Shown: one piece after another, positions 41,992 through 51,280 of the stretch
Numbering within the stretch: position 1 is the stretch's first letter
Layout of the letters: each line of letters starts with the position of its first letter
NCBI GenBank assembly: GCA_965262915.1
Contig: OZ253564.1
Location: 2,688,001-2,752,000, forward strand
Length of the DNA: 64,000 nucleotides
Reading direction: 5' to 3'
Source: Candidatus Spongiisociaceae bacterium
GTDB lineage: Bacteria; Actinomycetota; Acidimicrobiia; Spongiisociales; Spongiisociaceae
Notes under the pieces: generated by a model
Database searches by the model: none
The model's input: only the letters and a program-made list of their open reading frames with translations
What the model was told of the DNA's origin: nothing
Made by a program: the position numbers and the translations under genes

Positions 41992-43448
41992 CCGAGTCCG
42001 GTTAGGTTGTTGAACTCCTCGATGAGTCGGTCGACGGGATCGGCAAGGGCCTGGATACCGGTCCAGTAGTCGTCGTCGTACCACTGTGCCTGGATCTCGT
42101 CGTAGGTCTTGCCCTGCTGCTCGACCCAGGTGTAGTACTTGAGGTTGTGGATGCGTTTGCGGTCGTAGTAGCCGAGTTCGTGGACGTGTTCGGTGGATGT
42201 CCCGAGGAGGTGGCGGTGGTAGGCGGCTACCGCGTCGTGGGTGGTGAAGGTGCCGCGGTCCTCGCTGAGTTCGTGGAGGCGGCTGCGGTACATGTCCATC
42301 GAGTCGGTGGCGATGGTGACCACCACGTCTCGGGAGGTCATCTCGTAGTACTTGGCCAACTTGATGGCGGAGAGCAGGTTGGCGGCGCCGGAGATGCCGA
42401 GCAGGGGCAGGCTTTCGAGGACATCGGGATCGACTCCTTGGGACACGAGGTACTCCTGTCCGGGCGGCTCGTTGAACAGGCGGGTGAGGGACATGGCCGC
42501 CTCGTCGTCCAACCCGATGGCGAAGTCGGTGTTCTTGACGTTGTGGACCCACGGGATGTGCTTGTCGCCGATCCCTTCGATGCGATGCTCCCCGAAGCCG
42601 TTGAGGAGCATCGTCGGGCACTGGACGGCCTCCCCGCCGGCGATGACCGAGCTGGGGAAGCGCTGCTTCAGGTAGTCGCCGGCGGCGATGGTGCCGGCCG
42701 ATCCGGTGGTGACAGTGAAGCCCCGGAACCGATCCCGCTCCCCCATCACCTCGCCGAGCACCTCCTCGACGGCCGGGCCGGTGACCGACACGTGCCACAG
42801 GTAGTTACCGAACTCGTCGAACTGGTTGAAGATGATCAGGTCCTCGCCGGAGGCGGCCAGTTCGTTACACTTGTCGAAGATCTCCTTGACGTTGGACTCC
42901 GATCCGGGCGTCTTGATGATCTCCCCCGCTACCGTCTGCAACCATTCGAACCGCTCGCGGCTCATTCCCTCCGGCAGGATCGCCACCGACTCGCAGCCCA
43001 ACAGGTTGGAGTCGTAGGCGCCGCCCCGGCAATAGTTGCCGGTGGACGGCCACACCGCTTTCTGGGTCGCCGGGTCGAACTGGCCGGTAACCAGGCGGGG
43101 AACCAGGCACCCGAAGGCGGCTCCCACCTTGTGCGCACCGGTCGGGAACCACTTGCCGATCAGCGACACGATCCGGGCGTCGGTGCCGGTGAGAGCGGAC
43201 GGCCATTCGACGTAGTTGACGCCCCCGAACCCGCCCCCGTGGACGACGGGCTCGTTGTGCCAGGTGATCCGGTACAGGTTGAGAGGGTGGAGGTCCCACA
43301 GGCCGATGTCCACGAGCCCTGTTTGGACATCGGAGGGAATCAGGCCCGGATCCTGCATCTGGGCGAGGGTCGGGATGCGAACCCGGCGGTCCCTGGTGTG
43401 GGCGGCCACCGCATCGAGGGCGGTCTCGTCAACTGTCAGATCGATCAT
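41988..43448 (-). CDS. Fold-type II PLP-dependent enzyme (cysteine synthase/ammonia-lyase-like, long form)
   Basis: PLP lysine FPTGAHKVGA, WPSTGNYCRGG, GSAGTIAAG, HRIEGIGDKH; ATGA overlap with upstream gene. Confidence 0.85.
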   Translation of the reverse strand: MIDLTVDETALDAVAAHTRDRRVRIPTLAQMQDPGLIPSDVQTGLVDIGLWDLHPLNLYRITWHNEPVVHGGGFGGVNYVEWPSALTGTDARIVSLIGKWFPTGAHKVGAAFGCLVPRLVTGQFDPATQKAVWPSTGNYCRGGAYDSNLLGCESVAILPEGMSRERFEWLQTVAGEIIKTPGSESNVKEIFDKCNELAASGEDLIIFNQFDEFGNYLWHVSVTGPAVEEVLGEVMGERDRFRGFTVTTGSAGTIAAGDYLKQRFPSSVIAGGEAVQCPTMLLNGFGEHRIEGIGDKHIPWVHNVKNTDFAIGLDDEAAMSLTRLFNEPPGQEYLVSQGVDPDVLESLPLLGISGAANLLSAIKLAKYYEMTSRDVVVTIATDSMDMYRSRLHELSEDRGTFTTHDAVAAYHRHLLGTSTEHVHELGYYDRKRIHNLKYYTWVEQQGKTYDEIQAQWYDDDYWTGIQALADPVDRLIEEFNNLTGLG

Positions 43449-44752
43449 GCCTGCTTCCTTAGGTTCTCGAGCCACCGTTCCATTCTGGCGGATATCTCGA
43501 TCGGGTCGAGTCCATCCGGACCCGGGCGGACGGGCAGCGGTACAGCGCCGATCCTTTCGATCCCGCCCATGACCCCGCGGATGTCCTTCAACCCCGATCC
43601 GGTGGAGATGACCACCACCCGGTCAAGGGTCCCCACCTCCGGTACGCTCCCCTGTGATCCTTCCGCCACTTCGGCCAGCCCGGCGAAGGCCGCCGCTGCG
43701 GCCGGCTCCGGGAAGATACCGGAATCGGCCGAAACCGTCGGGATCATCTTCAGGATGGCCTCGTCATCGACTACCACCCATGCACCGCCCGTGTCGACAA
43801 CCGCGGCCATCGCCTTGACCCGATCGCGGGGCAGGTCGGCGCTGATCGAGTCGGCGGCGGTATCTGCACTGATCGGCGGTTTCGTAACCACATCCTCCTC
43901 CTTTAGCCAGGCCTCGGCCAGGTAGGAGCTGCCGGCGGCCTGCACCCCGTAGATGCGGGGCATACGGTCGATCCACCCCAGCTCCAAGGCGTCTAGAAAG
44001 CCCTTATGCACCCCTCCGATGATCGACCCGTCACCCACGCTCACAAAGACCGCATCGGGCGCCTCCCACCCCAGTTGCTCGGCGATCTCCAGAGCCACCG
44101 TTTTCTTACCTTCTCCTACGTAGGGATTGATCCCGGTGTTCCGGTTGTACCAACCGAAGCGGCCTACCGTTTCCTGGCACAATCGGAAGGCGTCGTCGTA
44201 GGTGCCTTCTACGAGTATCACAAAAGCCCCGTAGGCAAGCAGTTGGGCCACCTTCGCCTCGGGTGCTGTCTCGGGGACGAAGATCACCGCGGTCTGGCCG
44301 GTTCCGGCTGCCAGACCGGCCAGAGCGGCGGCTGCGTTTCCCGTGGAGGCGGTGGTGACGGTCTTGGCCCCCTCTTGGGCAGCTCTTGCCAGTGCCACCG
44401 CCGAGGCCCGGTCCTTGAGGGAGGCGGTGGGTTGGCGGCCTTCGTCCTTGATCCACAGCCGCTCCACCCCCCAGCGCCGGGCCAGTCTCTCCGCCTCGAT
44501 AAGCGGTGTCCATCCCACTCCCAGAGCGGAAACAGCCGTACGGGACCCGACAGGAAGCAGGGGTCGGTAGCGCCACATGGATCGCTCCGGGTCGGCGGTC
44601 AGACTCTCGGGGGTCAGCACCTCGCCGATGGCTGCGTAGTCGTAGCGGGCATCGAGGGTGCCGGCGTCGCCGCAACGGTCGCACACATAGCGGCCCGGCT
44701 CGGGTGCGTAGGACGCTGCACAGACGGTGCAGCGCAGCGACGTCAGGAACAT
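43445..44752 (-). CDS. Threonine synthase-like PLP enzyme
   Basis: N-terminal CxxC..CxxC, SMWRY, PTASLKDR, ASTGNAA, EGKKT, VGDG, PEPAAAA, TGSGLKD. Confidence 0.88.
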   Translation of the reverse strand: MFLTSLRCTVCAASYAPEPGRYVCDRCGDAGTLDARYDYAAIGEVLTPESLTADPERSMWRYRPLLPVGSRTAVSALGVGWTPLIEAERLARRWGVERLWIKDEGRQPTASLKDRASAVALARAAQEGAKTVTTASTGNAAAALAGLAAGTGQTAVIFVPETAPEAKVAQLLAYGAFVILVEGTYDDAFRLCQETVGRFGWYNRNTGINPYVGEGKKTVALEIAEQLGWEAPDAVFVSVGDGSIIGGVHKGFLDALELGWIDRMPRIYGVQAAGSSYLAEAWLKEEDVVTKPPISADTAADSISADLPRDRVKAMAAVVDTGGAWVVVDDEAILKMIPTVSADSGIFPEPAAAAAFAGLAEVAEGSQGSVPEVGTLDRVVVISTGSGLKDIRGVMGGIERIGAVPLPVRPGPDGLDPIEISARMERWLENLRKQA

Positions 44753-44755
44753 CCG

Positions 44756-45694
44756 CTATTCGGGGGGTATGGCGCCACGCCGCTGGGTGATCAGCCCGTA
44801 GTGCTCGTGCATCCGGTAGAAATCGAAGTCGAAGAGGGTGTTCTTGTAGGTGTCGCAGAAGTCGAGGTCGATGGCCGCCGAGATCACCTCGTCGGCGGTG
44901 GTGACCGACTGGGCGATTATCTGCCCGGAAGGGGCGATAATGACGCTCTGGGCGAGGCTGTCCACGCCCTCCTCGATACCTCCCTTGGCCACCCCCACCA
45001 CGTAGGCCCCGTTCTGGTAGGCGCCCGCCTGCATGACCAGATGGTTGTGGAATCCCGACAAAGCGTTCTGGGTGGGGTCGGGTGCGTAGTGGAGCGGGGT
45101 GTTGTAGCCGATCAGGATCACCTCGGCGCCCTGCAGGCCGAGCACCCGGTAGGTCTCGGGCCACCGCCGGTCGTTGCAGATCGCCATTCCGACGATTCCT
45201 CCGAAGGCCCGCCAGGCCCCGAACCCGTCCGGGCCCGGCTCGAAGTAGTGGCGCTCGGCGTGCTGGAACTCGCGCCAAGGCTCGTAGTGGGCATGGCCCG
45301 GGATGTGTACCTTGCGGAACTTCGACACCACCGTGCCGTCACGCTCCACCAGGATATAGGTGTTGTAGCGGTGCTCTGTGCCGTCCTCGCCGGTGTGGAT
45401 CTCGGCGTATCCGAGGGCGAACCCGATTCCCAGGCTTCGGGCCTCGTCGAACAGCGGCTTGGTGTCCTGGTCGGGCATCTCCCGGTGGTAGTAATGCTCG
45501 AAGTCGGCCGGATCCGGCATGAACCACCGGGGGAAGAAAGTCGTCATGGCAAGTTCCGGGTAGACCAGGAGATCGACCCGTTGCTCGTGCGCTTCGTGGA
45601 GCAGGGCCATCAGGCGGTCGACCACCTCGCTCTTGGTTTCCTCCCGGGCGATGGGGCCCATCTGGGCCGCGCCGACAGTGACTCGTCGTGACAT
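44756..45694 (-). CDS. N-carbamoyl-D-amino-acid hydrolase (nitrilase superfamily)
   Basis: YPELAMTTFFPRW, RKVHIPGH, ICNDRRWPE, GYNTP, QAGAYQN. Confidence 0.9.
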   Translation of the reverse strand: MSRRVTVGAAQMGPIAREETKSEVVDRLMALLHEAHEQRVDLLVYPELAMTTFFPRWFMPDPADFEHYYHREMPDQDTKPLFDEARSLGIGFALGYAEIHTGEDGTEHRYNTYILVERDGTVVSKFRKVHIPGHAHYEPWREFQHAERHYFEPGPDGFGAWRAFGGIVGMAICNDRRWPETYRVLGLQGAEVILIGYNTPLHYAPDPTQNALSGFHNHLVMQAGAYQNGAYVVGVAKGGIEEGVDSLAQSVIIAPSGQIIAQSVTTADEVISAAIDLDFCDTYKNTLFDFDFYRMHEHYGLITQRRGAIPPE

Positions 45695-45725
45695 CTGAGA
45701 ACCTTCCTCGGTTTACCGTTGCCAT

Positions 45726-45740
45726 TTTACAGTTTGTAAA
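45726..45740. promoter_or_regulatory. Perfect palindrome TTTACA-GTT-TGTAAA; putative operator
   Basis: Centred in the 91-bp divergent gap between the two nitrilase-family genes; matches 21586-21600. Confidence 0.6.
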
Positions 45741-45785
45741 CTTGCCCGGATTCCTGACCGGGACATCGTCGCAAGGAGGAACAGA

Positions 45786-46628
45786 ATGGCAAATGTGGTG
45801 CGGGCGGCGCTCGTCCAGAGCGAGTGGACGGGTGACAAGCAGTCCATGGTCGAAAAGAACGTCGGGTACGCCCGCCAGGCCGCCGCGCAGGGCGCCCGGA
45901 TCCTCTGCTTCCAGGAGATCTTCAACACTCCCTACTTCTGCACGGACCAAGAGAACCAGCACTTCGCCACCGCCGAACCCATCCCGGACGGACCCACCGT
46001 ATCGCGGATGATCGAGTTGGCCCGCGAGACCGGGATGGTGCTGATAGTGCCCATCTTCGAGGTGGAGGACACCGGTCACTACTACAACGCCGCGGCGGTG
46101 ATCGACTCCGACGGCACCTACCTGGGCAAGTACCGCAAGACCCACATCCCCCAGGTGGCCGGATTCTGGGAGAAGTTCTATTTCCGGCCGGGAAACCTCG
46201 GCTACCCGGTGTTCGACACCGCGGTGGGGCGGGTCGGCGTGTACATCTGCTACGACCGGCACTTCCCCGAGGGCTGGCGGGAACTCGGCCTCGCCGGTGC
46301 GAAGATCGTCTTCAACCCGTCCGCAACCACCCGCGGGCATTCGAAGTACCTGTGGGAACTGGAGCAGCCTGCGGCGGCGGTGGCCAACGAGTACTTCGTC
46401 GGCGCCATCAACCGGGTCGGCAGCGAGAACCTCGAGGGTACCGACTACTACGGCAGTTCCTACTTCGCCTCACCGCGAGGGGAGATCATCGGTGGGACCG
46501 CCTCCGATACCGCCGACGAGGTGGTGATACGGGACCTGGACCTGGACCTGATCGAAGAGGTCCGCCATCACTGGGCCTTCTACCGGGATCGCCGCCCCGA
46601 GATATACGAGACGATCGCCACACCATAG
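45786..46628 (+). CDS. Beta-ureidopropionase-like nitrilase-family amidase
   Basis: CFQE, YRKTHIP, FWEKFYFRPGNLG, ICYDRHFPEGWR, INRVG, FYRDRRPE; AGGAGG RBS. Confidence 0.9.
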   Translation: MANVVRAALVQSEWTGDKQSMVEKNVGYARQAAAQGARILCFQEIFNTPYFCTDQENQHFATAEPIPDGPTVSRMIELARETGMVLIVPIFEVEDTGHYYNAAAVIDSDGTYLGKYRKTHIPQVAGFWEKFYFRPGNLGYPVFDTAVGRVGVYICYDRHFPEGWRELGLAGAKIVFNPSATTRGHSKYLWELEQPAAAVANEYFVGAINRVGSENLEGTDYYGSSYFASPRGEIIGGTASDTADEVVIRDLDLDLIEEVRHHWAFYRDRRPEIYETIATP

Positions 46629-46645
46629 GAGGGTGGCGACGGCTT

Positions 46646-47575
46646 CTACCCGTGGTCGGCGGTGGCCGACCGTTCGGCCCATGTGGCGACGCCGACCACC
46701 AGCAGAGCCGAGACGACGGCCAGCAGTACGGGTATCGCGATGTCGGGTCCGGGTGTCCCAAGCGTCGTGGCGCCGACCCCCGCCTCGTTGCCCAATCCGG
46801 CCGGCCAGGGCCACAGGATCCGGAACGACCCGAGCATCAGGCCGATCATCGCGGCCACCACCAGATCGTGGTGACGGTCAAGCAACCATTCCAGGAATCG
46901 GGAGAATGAGCCCAGGCCTACCGCGGCTCCGATCCCGAAACTCACCAGTGACGCCAGACGGAAGTCGTTGATCGCTCCCAGCACGTGTTGGTACATGCCG
47001 ATGGCCAGCAAGAGGAACGATCCGCTGACTCCGGGGAGTATGAACGCGCAGACACCCAGGGCGCCGGCGCCCAGGAAGAGGTACCAGTCCGGGTTGGGGA
47101 TGGCCGAAGTGCGGAAGCCGAACAGGACGAATGCGGCGACGCCGACCACTCCTGCAACAGCCGCATGAACCCCGCCGGGTACCCGGATGAGCCACCAGGC
47201 CACTACGACCGCACCGGCGATCAGCCCGAAGAACACCGCAGCCGCTCTGACGGGATGGTCCCGCAACAGTCCTTCCGCTATCCGTGCCAACGCCGCCACG
47301 GCCAGGCCGGCCCCCGCTACGACCGGTACCAGGAATCGCCACTCGACCTCCTTGAGGGCTGTGGCCGCCCCGGTGATATCTCCCCTGATCAACCGGCCCG
47401 CAGCAGACGCCCCGCTGCCGATGGCGGAGACCAATCGCCGGTAGATACCGCTTACCAGCGCTACCGTGCCGCCCGACACTCCCGGAATCAGGTCGGCGGT
47501 GCCGATGGCGAACCCTCGCACGACCAGCCCGACCAATTCGCCTCTCGGAGGTGGCGCGGGCCTGCTCATGAGCAC
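46646..47575 (-). CDS. DUF368 membrane protein
   Basis: GTADLIPGVSGGTVA..GIY, ILPGVSGSFLLL, GS...LWPW. Confidence 0.9.
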   Translation of the reverse strand: MLMSRPAPPPRGELVGLVVRGFAIGTADLIPGVSGGTVALVSGIYRRLVSAIGSGASAAGRLIRGDITGAATALKEVEWRFLVPVVAGAGLAVAALARIAEGLLRDHPVRAAAVFFGLIAGAVVVAWWLIRVPGGVHAAVAGVVGVAAFVLFGFRTSAIPNPDWYLFLGAGALGVCAFILPGVSGSFLLLAIGMYQHVLGAINDFRLASLVSFGIGAAVGLGSFSRFLEWLLDRHHDLVVAAMIGLMLGSFRILWPWPAGLGNEAGVGATTLGTPGPDIAIPVLLAVVSALLVVGVATWAERSATADHG

Positions 47576-47609
47576 GGTGGGTACGGGTGGCGACCCGCAC
47601 GGCGCCGTC

Positions 47610-48674
47610 TCATACAGAGAACCTCACGAGCATCACATCCCCATCCCGCATCCGGTAGTCCCTTCCCTCCACCCTGACCACACCACCTGCGGCTCTGGCG
47701 CCGGCCCATCCGCCACACCGGATCACATCTTCGATGGAGCCTACCTCGGCCCGGATGAATCCCCGCTCCATGTCGGAGTGGACCTTGCCGGCCGCCTGCC
47801 GCGCGGTGGTTCCCTCGGGAACCGTCCATACCCGGCACTCCCTCCGGCTGACGGTGTAGAAACTGACCAGCCCGAGAGCCTCGTAGACGGCCCGGGCTAT
47901 GGCTGCGCCCGCACCTTCTCCCAATCCCAGCCCTTCGTAAAGATCGTTCCGTTCGGCGGGATCGAGGCGGATCACTTCCTCCTCGAGGAGGGCGGAGACC
48001 GCCAGAACGGGATCGGTAGCCGGGACGATCTCCGCCAAGCTATCAATCCGGCTGTCCCGATCGGCGCCGTCCTCGGCCACATTCACCACCCAGATGCAGG
48101 GAACCAGGCTCAGTGGCGCCAAGTCCCGGAAGGCTCGTAGTTCCGCTTCGGACCACGAGAGTTCGCGCAACGGGGTCCCCTCCCCCAGCCGTTCCGCCGC
48201 CCGGGCGATCGTTTCGGACGCCGGACGGATGGACGGGTCGGCGGATGCCTCCTTGACGATCCGCTCCCTGCGCCGGTCGAACACCTCGAAGTCGGCCAGT
48301 GCCAGCTCCACCAGCAGTTCCTCGGCCTGGGCCACCGGGTCGGTTCCGTGCGAGCCGGCGGGTACCCACTCCGCCTCGTGGCCTCTCAGCACCGCCAGTA
48401 GCGCGTCCGGCTCTCTCCCGGGACCCAGGCTGCGGACCGATCCGGGCCGGACGGCCGGAAGGTCGTGCAGGTCGAGGTTCGCATAGGTCGACTTGCGGGA
48501 TCCCTCCAACGTTGCGATCCGGTCGAGATGCGGGTCGTCCACCCTGACCACCCCCAGGTTCGTCTCCGTGGTGGTGTACGGGTGGGGAGCGGTGGGGGCT
48601 TCCAGGCCGGTCAAGGCGTTGAAGAGGGTTGTCTTACCGGAGTTGGGATATCCGAGGAGGCCGATGCATGTCAT
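47610..48674 (-). CDS. ychF: YchF/OLA1-family P-loop ATPase
   Basis: GYPNSGKTTLFNALT, PYTT, NVAE, AAGKVHSDMERGFIRAE, EGRDY..DGD. Confidence 0.88.
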   Translation of the reverse strand: MTCIGLLGYPNSGKTTLFNALTGLEAPTAPHPYTTTETNLGVVRVDDPHLDRIATLEGSRKSTYANLDLHDLPAVRPGSVRSLGPGREPDALLAVLRGHEAEWVPAGSHGTDPVAQAEELLVELALADFEVFDRRRERIVKEASADPSIRPASETIARAAERLGEGTPLRELSWSEAELRAFRDLAPLSLVPCIWVVNVAEDGADRDSRIDSLAEIVPATDPVLAVSALLEEEVIRLDPAERNDLYEGLGLGEGAGAAIARAVYEALGLVSFYTVSRRECRVWTVPEGTTARQAAGKVHSDMERGFIRAEVGSIEDVIRCGGWAGARAAGGVVRVEGRDYRMRDGDVMLVRFSV

Positions 48675-48784
48675 CCGAATCGGAAGGCTAGCCCGTTGTC
48701 CGTTGTCCGTTGCCGCTTCAACTCCTAAAGGTATTCGACTACCGAGCTAGGTAATTCTCACGATGGTCGAGGTGTGGCACCTAA

Positions 48785-49490
48785 TGGGGGTCCACCACTT
48801 CTGCTGGTTTGTCTGGGAGGGTGTGGTGGTTGAGCTGGCTGGCCGGTGAGTACTGGTGGCACCCGGGGTCCTGCCAGACGATCGCTGTTCATGCGTTTGG
48901 TGGTTGTCGGGGCCGGTTCTTGGGGAACGACCGTTGCTGCGATCGCGTCCGCCATCGGCCAACGCCGAGGTGGTCCTGTGGGCTCGGCGTCCGGAGTTGG
49001 CCGACCGCATCAACTCGGATCGTGCCAACCCCGACTACCTACCCGGGTTCTCACTGCCCGAACGGCTGGTCGCCACCTCCGGGATCGGCCGCGCCCTGCG
49101 TGACGCCGACATGGTGGTGGTCGGCGTTCCGTCGCACGGGTATCGGGCGGTCTCGCAGGAACTACGCCGGCACGTCGCCCATCACAGTGGCGTCAGGCCG
49201 CAAGCACGCTGTCCTGGCTCGCCAGGTCCGTAACCGGCGTCTCTACGACGCCCTGGACCAATGGGCGTTCTGTTCCCTAAAGAACAGTCCAGGAGCCCGA
49301 GCCTTCTACGACAAACGCCGAGCAGCCGACGACCTCCACCACCAAGCACTCCGAGCCCTCGCCAACCGACTCGTCGGCATCCTCCACGGCTGCCTCAAAC
49401 ACCAAACCCCCTACAACGAACACACCGCATGGGCACACCGAACCACCATCGACCGAGCCGCAGCTTGACATTTACGCTCCTGGGGTGTCT
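48785..49490 (+). mobile_element. IS110-family remnant interrupted by a gpsA 5' copy (left limit approximate)
   Basis: 49154-49468 encodes an IS110 C-terminus ([42 protein letters not shown]) ending ..GCTTGACA..GGGGTGTCT; assignment of 48785-48884 as left end is tentative. Confidence 0.7.
48885..49152 (+). repeat. Direct duplicate of gpsA 5' region (49517-49777) with a 7-nt frameshifting insertion
   Basis: Identical by eye except gcgtccgccaTCGGCCAacgcc. Confidence 0.9.
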
Positions 49491-49522
49491 GGCACCTGGC
49501 AACAGGGTCTACGATCCTGTTC

Positions 49523-50536
49523 ATGCGTTTGGTGGTTGTCGGGGCCGGTTCTTGGGGAACGACCGTTGCTGCGATCGCGTCCGCCAACGCCGAGGTGGTC
49601 CTGTGGGCTCGGCGTCCGGAGTTGGCCGACCGCATCAACTCGGATCGTGCCAACCCCGACTACCTACCCGGGTTCTCACTGCCCGAACGGCTGGTCGCCA
49701 CCTCCGGGATCGGCCGCGCCCTGCGTGACGCCGACATGGTGGTGGTCGGCGTTCCGTCGCACGGGTATCGGGCGGTCCTGGAACGGGCCAAGGGCCTGAT
49801 CGCTCCTTCGACACCCGTGGTAAGCCTCACCAAGGGAATCGAGGTCGACACCGGCCTGCGGATGTCGCAGGTGACCTTGGAAGTTCTCGCAGGGCACGAC
49901 CCGGCCGCGGTGGGCGTGCTGTCCGGTCCGAATCTGGCCGTGGAGATCATGGAAGGCCAACCGGCCGCCACCGTCATCGCAATGGGCGATCCCGCATCGG
50001 CCCGGCGGATACAGCCCGTCCTCACCACGCCGATGTTCCGCGTCTATACGAACCCCGACGTGGTCGGGGTGGAGGTGGCCGGCGCCACAAAGAACGTCAT
50101 CGCTATCGCGGCCGGGGCCTCGACCGGGCTGGGCTTCGGGATGAACACGACGGCCAGCCTCGTCACCCGGGGTCTGGCCGAGATGACCCGTCTCGGTATC
50201 GCCCTGGGAGGCGAGGCGCTCACGTTCGGGGGGCTAGCCGGTGTGGGTGACCTCATGGCGACGTGCGGGAGCCCGCGCAGCCGCAACAACCGGGTGGGTT
50301 ACCAGTTGGGCAGGGGACGGCGGATCGAGGAGATCGTTGCGGAGATGAACATGGTGGCCGAAGGGGTGAAGACGACTAGGGCAGTTCTCGATCTGGCTTC
50401 CCGGCATGGTGTGGAGATGCCGATCGCGGAGGCGGTGGGACGGATCCTCTACGAGGGAGAGACGGTGCAGCAGGCGATGGCAACCCTGATGGGCCGCGCG
50501 CTCACATCGGAGGGTCACGGGATAGTGCTCCCGTAG
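49523..50536 (+). CDS. gpsA: NAD(P)H-dependent glycerol-3-phosphate dehydrogenase
   Basis: GAGSWGT, LTKGIE, LSGPN, KNVIAIA, GLAGVGDL.ATC..SRN, VAEG. Confidence 0.96.
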   Translation: MRLVVVGAGSWGTTVAAIASANAEVVLWARRPELADRINSDRANPDYLPGFSLPERLVATSGIGRALRDADMVVVGVPSHGYRAVLERAKGLIAPSTPVVSLTKGIEVDTGLRMSQVTLEVLAGHDPAAVGVLSGPNLAVEIMEGQPAATVIAMGDPASARRIQPVLTTPMFRVYTNPDVVGVEVAGATKNVIAIAAGASTGLGFGMNTTASLVTRGLAEMTRLGIALGGEALTFGGLAGVGDLMATCGSPRSRNNRVGYQLGRGRRIEEIVAEMNMVAEGVKTTRAVLDLASRHGVEMPIAEAVGRILYEGETVQQAMATLMGRALTSEGHGIVLP

Positions 50537-50584
50537 CAGCGACACCCGGATCGGGCGACGACGGTCGTCCGGTACCATCCCGGT

Positions 50585-50875
50585 ATGACTGCTCAACTCC
50601 GCATCTATGACATCAAGCCGGGAATGATGGAAGAATTCGCGGCCAAGGTCGACGAGGAACTCATCCCGATACGCCTCGACCACGGCTTCCGGCGCAGCGG
50701 CCCGTGGATCGTCGAGGAGAACTACCAGTACGTGTGGATCGTTCACTACGACGGCGAGGAGGCGTTCGAGGAAGTCGACAAACGCTACTACGCCGATCCG
50801 CGCCGGGGCGAGATGTCGTTCAACCCGATGGACTACATCGACAAAGTCGACGCCAGGATGCTGACTGCTCTCTAG
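50585..50875 (+). CDS. NIPSNAP family protein
   Basis: QLRIYDIKPGMMEEF, YVWI, YYADP.R. Confidence 0.8.
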   Translation: MTAQLRIYDIKPGMMEEFAAKVDEELIPIRLDHGFRRSGPWIVEENYQYVWIVHYDGEEAFEEVDKRYYADPRRGEMSFNPMDYIDKVDARMLTAL

Positions 50876-51280
50876 AAGTGGTGGACCCCCTTCAGGAGGG
50901 TGCTCATAAACGGTGATAGTGGTTGGCTCTCCGTCCGATGTCCCGGCATTCTGTCATCGACAGTCGAGCCAACTGGGCGTTTCTCAGCACCCTGCGAGTG
51001 TTCTGATTCGGGAATTCTTTGCAGGTGTTCGGAGGAACCTTCCTTCCCACCCGGCAGGCCCGGGACGACCGAGAACGCGAAAAACACCCGACCGGACCCT
51101 AGCCGTGGGCCCTCCCCCAACCGCCACCTCCTCGGCTCCGACCGCGTTCCTCCCTCCCCGAGAGGTTCGGCTTCGACAACATGATCCCTGCCCCGGTCCG
51201 GTCGGTACCGGAAACGGACCGGTGGTGTTTACGGTTACTCACCATTATGCAACGGGGGTGTGACACGCTCAACCCCTTAG

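Noticed and set aside
50876-51280. 400-bp convergent intergenic gap with a weak CCGGTCCG/CGGACCGG stem as ncRNA or terminator
   Set aside because: Short GC stems are expected by chance; no U-tract or recognisable RNA family
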